From Trichosphaerium sp. ATCC 40318 (taxonomy: Eukaryota > Protista > Tubulinea), in assembly GCA_038496445.1 (NCBI GenBank), contig JALMLS010000322.1:310001-374000 (forward strand): a DNA stretch of 64,000 nucleotides, read 5' to 3'. Below the pieces are notes generated by a model, which saw nothing but the letters and a program-made list of their open reading frames with translations, had not been told where the DNA came from and did not search any database. Both the position numbers and the translations under genes were made by a program. This document shows, in pieces, positions 51,787-61,125 of the stretch (positions within the stretch are counted from its first letter, which is position 1; every line of letters starts with the position of its first letter).

Positions 51787-52736
51787 TCACATTACACAAC
51801 ATAGGCTCCGTTTGCGTTTTGATATATTTTCGAGTCTATCATATTCACGAATTTCTTTTACAAGGTCATAAAACTGTTCATCAACATTGACACGTGTTTT
51901 GGCACATGCCTCAAAAAATAAACATCCATTCTTTTGTGCAAGTTCGATTCCTTCTTCTGTGGTAACTTGTCTATCTTCTTCCAAGTCTACTTTATTTCCC
52001 ACAAGCACAATCGGAACTCTGTCCGTGTCTTTATGCCTACACAAATACTTAGTGCTGTGGATGTTAACATCTTGTAAGCAGCCTTGAACAAATTCTCAAA
52101 AGGTTCCACAAACTGACGAACTTGTTCGTAAGCGCTCACGTTTAACAGAAAATGTTTAACACCAAAAACAATGTTACGGAAAATAGTAATACATTGGTTT
52201 ATGACAATGTAGAAAATGTAAAAAACTGGGAAAGTCACGCAGCAAAGTACATGAGCATAAAGTTTTGAGGAGACTAATATATCGAGGTTACATATAAATA
52301 AGCTTGAAAAATTCTGGCATCTGTTCAAATGTTTGTCTTTCAGTAATGCTGTACATCAAAATAAAGCCATGGCCCCTTCTCATGTACTACAAACTGCTGT
52401 TAGATTGGTCCAACCTTCTTTAGGGTTATTTATTACCTCGTCGCGCATTGCAGGGAACTCTTCTTTTCCTGCTGAATCAAGAACACTAAGCACTACAGTT
52501 TCGTCGTCTATGGTGGCTTCCTTACGAAACCTTAGAACGTGAGTGAGCGTTTAGAGTTGTGTTTAACTCTTTTCAGACTGTTTAGCATTAAAAGTTTAAA
52601 AATAAGCTCCGCAATGGTACCAATCTTCTAGAGTTGGGTCGTATTCTTCTACAAATGCGTTTTGAACAAATTGTATTGTTGTTGCTGATTTTCCAACGCC
52701 TTCAGCGCCGAATACGACGATATTGTACTCACTCAT
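51787..52736 (-). CDS. Ras-family GTPase, 4 exons, with E12 and K61
   Basis: [17 protein letters not shown]...YDPTLEDW|FRKE...[10 protein letters not shown]...|[14 protein letters not shown]...|NKVD...EACAK...CCVM*. Three canonical introns and an intact frame. Confidence 0.92.
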
Positions 52737-52832
52737 GCCAAGCTAGACTTGTGAGGTGGTGTTTGTTGATAGCTGTTTTTACTGCACAAGTTAGCGAGTT
52801 TCGCTGAAATCTATTTTTGTAAAAGGTTAAAA

Positions 52833-52842
52833 GTCACGTGAC
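52833..52842. promoter_or_regulatory. Perfect GTCACGTGAC palindrome (extended E-box, CLEAR/CDEI-like)
   Basis: Lies about 100 bp upstream of the Ras ATG, in the divergent Ras / F-box-LRR intergenic region. Confidence 0.4.
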
Positions 52843-53209
52843 TCAATTGTTTTGATTTAGCTCAGCACTGCGCATAACGTAATAACAGACAATGATATTA
52901 TGCTTTCGACTATGCGAGTAGTGAAAACACAACATCAACAGCACAAGCTTGATTAAGCTAGCTCTTGAGTTTTCTTTAGCGATAAACAGATCAACATTTT
53001 GCTGACTAATGAAGGTCTACCAAAAAAATAAACGTGATTTGGAATGAAAAATGAAAAAAGGTACCGTAAAAGACTTTGAAGCTTCAATACCAGCTTTTCC
53101 CTTTGGCCATCTTGCTTTTGTTCAATACGACTTTATTTTGACTTTCCTGGGTAAAAAAAGTACTTCGAAATAAAATAAAGTGACGTAAAGTACACGTGGT
53201 GAACTAATA

Positions 53210-54994
53210 ATGGACTTTCCAGGAGTTACAATAGATCAAGCATTAACGTACTATCGCAAATACCACGCAGAAGCGTTCAGTAAAATTAAAGGAGATAAAC
53301 AAAACCAATCGTTGATTAAACAACTCTCAAGTATTATCATCGATACAAATAAAAGTCTCATGCGAAAATTTGATGAAGCTCTCTTCAAACATGTGGATAT
53401 CGTCTCAGAAGCAAGTAATGAGCGTATAGAACAGCATACGATAGACGAAGTGGAGCCAACAAAACGCAAACACAAAAGAGAGTACGTCAGACTTTCATAG
53501 AGGGTTTTTTTCTAAGTATGAACTCACAGAGCCCAAACAGTATCCGAACCGTTGAATTTTGTTGATTTGCCACGTGAGATTATTGCGTATTATATTCTCA
53601 ATCGTACAAATGCAAAACCAAGATTTTGTGTTGCTCAATCATGTCGTTTGATGGCTGATCTCATTCACAATGTTGTTGGATATGAATTTATTCGTATCAA
53701 GTGTGTTTCTGATATTTTTAAGGTTCTGCAATACAAAGGCATCGTCAACAACACCACTATTGAATTAGATGCATCTATGAACAACACATTGTATTCATTA
53801 CTGGCAGGATGTCGCCATATACAAACACCACCGAGTTTTATAAATAAACTAAATGATAGTGATCTTAAGGCTATTGGACTTGCAGGTGTTCATACTCTCA
53901 ACATTGGAAGATGCGAAAATGTGAGTGATGATGGTATTAAAGCGCTCAGAGGAATACATTCTGTTAATCTTTGTGGAACTGCAATAACAGATGAAGGCCT
54001 CAAAGAACTTGCAGGCGTTCATACCATTAATCTTGGTGATACTGGCATAACAAATGAAGGCCTTAAAGCACTCAAAGGTGTTCATACCATTGATCTCTTT
54101 GGGGTAACTGCATTAACAGATGAAGGTCTCAAAGCACTGAAAGGTGTTCATGACATTGATATCACTTATACTTCAATAACAGATGAAGGTCTCAAGTATC
54201 TCAAAGGTGTTCATACCATTAATCTTAGTGGTACTATAATTACAGATGAAGGTCTCAAGTATCTCATAGGTGTTCAAAAAATTGGACTTAATAGCTGTCA
54301 AATTACAGATGAAGGTCTCAAATACCTCAAAGGTGTTCATGAAATTGACCTTACAATGACGTCAATTACGGACAATGGGCTGCAATATTTGAAAGGAGTT
54401 CATACAATAACTCTTCGTCTTTGCTTATATATTTCTGATGAAGGTCTTCAAGCACTCAAAGGTGTTTATACCATTGAGCTTGGTGGAACTCCAATCACAA
54501 ATGAAGGTCTAAAATACCTCAAAGGCGTACATACCATTTATCTTGAAGGTGTTTCAATTAGTGATGAAGGTGCCAAAGTTCTTGCTGGTGTTCATACGAT
54601 AAATCTTGGTGGTACTTCAATTACAGATGAAGGTCTCAAATACCTCAAAGGTGTTTACGACATTAATCTTAACAGTACTTCAGTTACTGACAATGGTCTC
54701 AAATCGCTGACAGGTGTCCATACCATTGATCTCACTGATACTTCAATAACAGATGAAGGTCTCAAATACCTCAAAGGCGTTCATACCATATATCTTGGTG
54801 GTACTTCAGTTACTGACAATGGTCTCAAATCGCTGACAGGTGTCCATACCATTGATCTTACTGATACTTCAATAACAGATGAAGGTCTCAAATCGCTTAC
54901 AGGTGTCCGTGCCATTGATCTCACTGATACTTTGGTTACAGACGAAGGTATGAAATCACTAAGAGACGCCCACACTGTTATCCTCAGTGAATAA
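53210..54994 (+). CDS. F-box/LRR type A: N-terminal helical domain + F-box + 17 LRRs
   Basis: Phase-2 intron 53482-53529 (GTACGT...CACAG) joins ORF 53210 to ORF 53552. F-box FVDLPREIIAYYIL...VAQSCRLM. Repeats GVHxIxLxxTxITDEGLKxLK. Confidence 0.9.
54675..54893 (+). repeat. Recent near-perfect 126-bp-period duplication inside the LRR array
   Basis: GTACTTCAGTTACTGACAATGGTCTCAAATCGCTGACAGGTGTCCATACC... begins at both 54675 and 54801. Confidence 0.85.
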
Positions 54995-55662
54995 CATATG
55001 TGCTTCTTGAAGCTCAAGGTTTCCATACTCTTGTTGATGTATTTCAATGTACAGATAACATGGAAGAGCTCAGTTTGCAACTGTAAACTGTAGAAGTAGA
55101 AATAAACGTCACCTCTAAATACTCTCTTAGTCTAGTGTTGTATATTTGTTCTTGTTTGATACGTTGTACTAACTAGCCATCGTAACAACAGCACCCAGAA
55201 AACATAATTTCAGCTAAAAGGAACATGTGATATCAAAAGAAGAACGTAAAATGATTAGACAAGGAGAAAAGGTATACTACATCAATACCAAAGATACTAC
55301 ACTATGATACATGAAAGAATAGTTTATACGACAAAGTCAAAGGGTGGTATGTTATTGACCTTTGGTCGTAGCTTGCAATACTGTAGTCTCTATAAAGATT
55401 AGATGATACATCATCAGACCCGAGTCGACATTTTGGTCCAAGGCAAGTACAGACTTGGGATAAGAAAAAACCATTTCCACATGGGCTTGTCTCTAAGCAT
55501 CATTCACTAGTCAGGTACGTGACAAGCAAGTATTGCTGTAGGTACAATGTCACACTGAAGAAAGGGATACAGTCTCAAGAGGTATGCCGGACAGTGCTTA
55601 ACGGTAGAACACTTAACATTAAGATCGTAATAGCTTAACTACGTTAAAACTGACACCAAACC

Positions 55663-56758
55663 ATGAGTTTCACGTGCGTTTCAATTGAGCAAGCGATTTC
55701 ATACTACCGCAACACCCACGCAGAGAAATACAATAAAATTAAAGAAAAACACAATGAAACATTCGCAAAACAACTTGAAAGTATCTTAAGCGCAACAAAC
55801 AGGCGGTTTCTTCAACAACTCGATGAACTTCTGTTCAAATATGACGAAACTGTCGGTAATACAATAAATCAGCACGTGACACAATCTGAGTATGTTAACG
55901 AGCCTAAAATAAAACAAATAAGGGTACGTTCTGCAAACGATGTTGGCAACTTACTAATCCTACAAAAAGGAGCAAAAAACAACGCACGATGTCACAAATC
56001 TGGTTGATTTTCCACCAGAGGTTATTTCGAATATCCTAAGTCAAACAGAAGCAAATGATAGATTCTGTGTTGCTCAATCATGTCGTTTGATGGCTGACAT
56101 TATTCATGATGTGGTTGGCTACAAAGAGGTTTATATCGAAAATAATCTAGACATTCTAAAGCTACGACAGTACAAAGGGATAATGAATAATAGTAGAGTC
56201 ATACTTAAAGACAACAGAGAGCGTACTTTGCTGTCTTTGTTGTCTGGGTTTCGTAACATTGATGCATCATTTTCTGAGATTACTGATGATGATCTGGAAG
56301 AGCTTACAGGTGTTCATTGCATTGATCTATCTTGTTGTAACAGAATTACAGATAAATGTATAGCTGCATTGAAAAGTGTTCATGCCATCAACCTCTCAGA
56401 GACTTGGGTGACAGATGAAGGTATAAAGTTATTGGCAGGCGTTCATACCATTACCCTTGATAGCACTGCAGTAACAGATGAAGGTATCAAAGCACTTGCA
56501 GGTGTACATACCATACACCTTGATAGTACTGCAGTAACTGATGAAGGTATCAAAGCACTTACAGGTGTTCATACTATTCATCTTGCAAATACATCAGTTA
56601 CAGATGAAGGTGTCCGGACCCTTTGCAACGCTGGTGCTATCAATAGAATTTGTATTGAGGATTGTTTGGGGGTCACAAGTGACTTTATTGACGAACTAAG
56701 AGTATACATTAGTTTATATGATCGTTTTGAACTACAGGCTGAGCATTGGTACAATTAG
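55663..56758 (+). CDS. F-box/LRR type B: N-terminal helical domain + F-box + about 5 LRRs
   Basis: Phase-0 intron (GTACGT at 55924 to AAG near 55969; the left copy has CAG) gives IR|EQKTTHDVTNLVDFPPEVISNIL...VAQSCRLM, continuing into ORF 56087..56758. Confidence 0.85.
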
Positions 56759-57672
56759 TTGTTAATATCTACAAAGGTTCAAATTTTTTGCAACTGTACA
56801 ATATTACTATTTGATCAAACAACAGTATACAGAATTAACCTATCGATTGCCATAAACTATTTTCCGCGGCAATATAATATACCTTAACTTGTGCAACTTT
56901 TCGCAAGTGAGGGGAAGAGAAAGACTTGACCAGACTATCCACCCACTTCTTTTTTTCCATACTTTTTATTGTATTAGCGAAGTACTTAACAAATATTGTT
57001 TGTCAACTTTTTTTGGAAATTATTCTTTCTGGTCACTAACCAGTGTTTAATAATAAACCAAAGCCAGTAGTCAATCAGCGTCAGTACTACTACATTTTAA
57101 CCACGTGATTAGTCTCCAAAACAGTTTTTCTCAATTTTTTCTCTTTTTTCAGAGCGAAATTTTGCTGGATCTTTCCTGCTCCTTACCCACCTTTCGCAAA
57201 TTAATACGAAGGTATGTGATCCAAAAAGGTAATTTTTCGGGTTTACCCCGACTTGAATAAAAAGTAGCAAGCAAGCACCTTGCCTATTGTTCAGAGGTTT
57301 CGCCGACTTGACAAATAAGAACCCGAAATAGTTCCAAGTTTGAGAAAACTCGAGCATAATTTGGACATTAACACATGCTTAACCGCTTTCCTTTTAAATA
57401 CATTTAACCTATAACGGGCAACAAGCAAGGTGGTAAAGTACAAGCAAGCGAGAACGCTTCTTTATCAAGTCTAGACGTAGAAAACCTACGCCTAGGAGAA
57501 GTAGAGTCACTTAAAGCTACTTTTGCAGATCATAGTAAGAAGAAAGGCAAAATAGCTGTGTTAACCTGCCAAACTCTCGGAAAACTTGTAGATCAGAACG
57601 AATATACTATTGGTAGCGAAAGAGGAAGAAAAAAAATAAGCCTAAAGGATATAATCGGTAGAGAGAATTTTA

Positions 57673-58258
57673 TTATGTAGTTCCCATTTGGAAAAAAAAT
57701 CGCCAAGTCCTTAGCAGTAAACAAAAACGTGAATTTATTTTTTGTACATTATCTACTATATGTCGGGCATATGCTGTTATAATTAGAGCGTTCAAAATTA
57801 TTGTGCAATATCTCCATGAGTTGCTTAAGTTTTTACATGTGATTTTTACAAATTTGTGGCAAAAAGTCTCATCCCCTGTTCCATAATAGTAATCTAAAAA
57901 GCTCCAATCAATTGCCGTGTACACTGTAGTATCATTGGAAGGAGTTTGGCTAGCAATAAAGTCGCTATCCAATTGCCCAAAATTTTAAGTTTTTTGGCTG
58001 TTCACTACTTTTAAACGTTGTTACTTTAACTCTGTACCCTCCCACATACCGTTTTTGAATGAAAGCGTGCATGTGACGGTATTTTGACATTCTTGGCAAT
58101 GTTTTGTTTTTTTTGTGCTGACCTGCGGCAACTTCTTCAATTGGTTCATTGCACTCAAACCCCAAACGCCTGTCCTTGTGTGGGCATGATTGTTGAGTGG
58201 TTTGATGGACTATTTTTGGTATTTTGTAATTTGAGTTTATAAACGGTTCACTAGGCAT
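57673..58258 (-). pseudogene. Possible decayed glycosyltransferase-like fragment (two abutting ORFs)
   Basis: KIPKIVHQT resembles the GT32/OCH1-type N-terminal IPKIIHQTW motif. No DxD region recognisable. The two ORFs overlap by 8 nt. Confidence 0.2.
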
Positions 58259-58353
58259 GAATTTGTCCCTGCATACCTCAGAAAGAGTATTAATAACTTT
58301 TTGTAGTACAAAAAAATAGTTGAGATGAGATATTTAGGCGAAATCTCAAAGAC

Positions 58354-58442
58354 AAACCATAAAACGGCAGCCATACTCTCAGAACGGGTAGTAATTAATG
58401 TGTTATAATATTTGACGCATTATGGCTGCCGTTTAATGGTTT
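58354..58442. repeat. 22-bp inverted repeat (21/22 match) with 45-nt spacer
   Basis: AAACCATAAAACGGCAGCCATA (58354-58375) pairs with TATGGCTGCCGTTTAATGGTTT (58421-58442). Confidence 0.85.
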
Positions 58443-58793
58443 TGAACGTACCTTTAACACAACTGCATTTTCATTCACACAATGACTGCACGCAAATGCT
58501 TTTAGCCGTGTGCTATGCATGTCTAACAAGCAAAGAAAGCTTCCCATGTGCTATTGGGTATTTTTTAATTGTACTGTGACTCAAAAGCCTGTAGCAGCCC
58601 TTAGGTATTCACAACAGACACAACATTCCAAGTGAGACATACGCTAGTGGTATCAACATTGAAAAGGCATAACAGGAGGAGAAAATAGTATTTTAAAATC
58701 TTCTCCGCAAAAATAAATTTGTTTTATGCAGAATCAGAGTTGATTTTTTTTTGACGTTCAAAGTCAAAAAAGCACAATAAAAACAATTAAAAC

Positions 58794-59427
58794 ATGATCC
58801 CCACGCATGTGTGCGTGTATACAAGAAGTGGAACTGCTTAATAAAATTCTCTCTATTATTCCTTTTCTCAGGTTAAAACGCACTTTGAAGGGAAAGAAGC
58901 TTGGAGAGATTGCGCAGATATTCAAGGCTTTAGATGATGATGGAAACGGTTTTGTTGATTTGGGTGAGTTCATACACATGTGCGATTTAGCAAAATCACG
59001 TGATTTATCGATACGTCTTCAAATATTCTACAAAGTTGCCAATAGCGGAAAAGTTGATTCGTTGGATGCAGGTGGAGCTCAACTTCTTAATTTTATTGCT
59101 GGTGGTAAAGATATAACTGGGATGAGTATTGATGACTTTGTAAAAGAATTTAAAGACACTACAGACCCTAAACTTTTACAAGAATTAGGACTCACGCCTC
59201 CAAATTATATTTGCATCGAGACTCTAACTTTCGGTACTTCTTTCTATCCTTACGTTGCCGATGACGTCCTTGATGTCCTACGTGTTAAAATGAACGAGAG
59301 AGAAGGCATACCCACTAACCAAATTTCATTGTATGGTAAGGATGTCAAGTTAGTGAATGAGAAGACAATGAAAGAAAATAATGTTTCTGCTGGAGACACT
59401 CTTCTCCAAATTCTTAGTTTAAGATAA
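58794..59427 (+). CDS. EF-hand + C-terminal ubiquitin-like domain protein
   Basis: Micro-exon MIPTHV, intron 58811-58871. Canonical EF loop DDDGNGFVDLGE. UBL EREGIPTNQISL...TMKENNVSAGDTLLQILSLR*. Confidence 0.8.
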
Positions 59428-59781
59428 CTTGTACTTTGTTTTCTTGTTATATTCTTTGATGCCGAAAATAAACAATATTTGTAAACGTATTTTGGTTCTG
59501 TGAGGCCGATTATTCTTGTACAAGGTAACTCACCGTTGGATAAAAGCTAAGTATGTATTTCGTCAAATATTGATCGTTTGCCTGTAAGTATTTTGACTGT
59601 AAAGACTTCTGGAGCATCTCAAATCAACCGTACAGTGTGCCACGCACTAACGTCATTGTTGTAAATTAAGTAAATCCTTGTTTATACGTATTTATTGACC
59701 AATGGTCTCATGCAACTGTAATACAATGATACTGCATTGATGTATTATTTGTGTTCATTACCTCACTCCTTGTACTTATTT

Positions 59782-60414
59782 TTATTCGGCAGGTATTTCC
59801 TGAGTTATTTCAGGGTAAGGCATATCTTCAAATTCTGTTGTAAGTACTATTTGTTCATCCTTTTGTAAATTATGAACCAAAGGCTCCAAAACCCATCTGG
59901 CATCTTCTTGTTCTTGCGCTGAAATATCTCCAGAGTTGGCAAAATTATTGCTATTTTTAACTTTATCATAACGTATTCTTTGAGTTCCTCTTATACCAAT
60001 AAACGTGAAGTTAAATGGATTTTCTTCTGAAAATATCCACCATTTTCCTTTTCCAAAAGTAGTTGTTATCTCGTCTTCATAGTCATCTGTAGAGTGCCAC
60101 TTGTATGTACCATCTGATCTCAACAAGTACCTCATGTAACCAGTTATTTGTGGTGTATCAAAGCCAACCATGTCATCTGTTTGAGTGGTTGTTATGACTT
60201 TGTCAACAACGAATCGAATTGAATCAAACTTGGCTTTCCTTCTTGTTTCGAAACAGTCAAGAAAAAGCTTTGATATTGCGCTCAGACGTAACATTAGCGC
60301 TTCATCACATTTCTCGCCAATTAAATACGTGATATCGTAACCTATGGAGGTTAATGAGACGCCTGCAGCAGAAATAGGTTCGTGATGTTCTTGTCTTTTG
60401 GAAGGGCGCTCCAT
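59782..60414 (-). CDS. Intronless hypothetical protein with degenerate F-box-like N-terminus
   Basis: SLTSIGYDITYLIGEKCDEALMLRLSAISKLF matches F-box spacing. The remainder is an unrecognised beta-rich domain. Confidence 0.55.
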   Translation of the reverse strand: MERPSKRQEHHEPISAAGVSLTSIGYDITYLIGEKCDEALMLRLSAISKLFLDCFETRRKAKFDSIRFVVDKVITTTQTDDMVGFDTPQITGYMRYLLRSDGTYKWHSTDDYEDEITTTFGKGKWWIFSEENPFNFTFIGIRGTQRIRYDKVKNSNNFANSGDISAQEQEDARWVLEPLVHNLQKDEQIVLTTEFEDMPYPEITQEIPAE

Positions 60415-60659
60415 GATGCTGTGGAGAGCACTAATAGCAAGCAGTAAGCTTTTTTCACGCAAAAATAACAATAAAGGGGTCTAACACTCCGAAACTGCCT
60501 ATCTTGCGTACCAAGTTACGTTGAGCCACCGAATGTATGTAAAGAAATGTAACGTAACACCAGTACGGCAAGTCACGCTTTTTCTTTCTGTTGCTCAAGA
60601 AAACTGAAATTGTAGAATGGCGTTAACGTACTCAAAATAAGTCTATCACGTGCGCAAAA

Positions 60660-60860
60660 CGCGAATGGATCAAGAAATTAATCTTTCATAACATAACAGG
60701 TTACAGCCATAGAAAATGCAAACAATTGTTTTAAGCGACAAGAACTAAAGGTTGAAAAAGTTGGCATACACGATCAACTTGTGCTCTTGCAAAGGAATGG
60801 CAGATGAAGGGTTCAAGGCTTGGCCAGTGTTCACAAAATTGATTAACTTGGACCAAGGTG
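60660..60860 (+). pseudogene. Highly decayed LRR relic
   Basis: CAGATGAAGGGTTCAAGGCTTGGCCAGTGTTCACAAAATTGAT resembles the family unit (DEG.KALA.VHKID) with indels. An upstream stretch encodes TINL. Confidence 0.4.
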
Positions 60861-61125
60861 ACGTTTGTTTAAGGGTGTCAAACGTGTTAAAGTAGATACG
60901 GTATGCATACAAGTAGGTGGTTGATTGAAAGCAAAAGTATGAATAACTGAAAAAAGATTAACGTAAGAGGTTGATGGTAAAGAATGGTAAGTACAAATAG
61001 TGTTTGACCTAAACAAGTATGTTGCTGAAGAAAAAACTGCGTAGTGAGATTTATCTAAAGTAGCTACTTAGTACAACAGACAGAGTACTTATGATGATGA
61101 TGTTTATTTAACTACGAAGGTAAAT

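Noticed and set aside
53482-53552. Apparent uORF plus ATG-less LRR ORF with a GGGTTTT slippery-like site, suggesting programmed frameshifting or a two-gene toxin-antitoxin-like unit (also at 55663/56087)
   Set aside because: The slippery-like run lies after the uORF stop and inside a canonical 48-nt GTACGT...CACAG intron whose removal joins the frames exactly. Type B is joined by an equivalent intron.
53880-54960. Regularly spaced conserved ACAGATGAAGGTCTCAA blocks with variable intervals, resembling a CRISPR array or DGR
   Set aside because: They are in-frame 63/66-bp LRR codon repeats in a eukaryotic gene. No cas or reverse-transcriptase gene and no adenine-specific variation pattern was seen.
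57414-58871. MGNK-like ORF as first exon of the EF-hand/UBL gene across a 1.2-kb intron
   Set aside because: A nearer micro-exon (ATG 58794, GTGCGT donor at 58811) supplies the correct phase, and no convincing phase-2 donor exists in the distal ORF.
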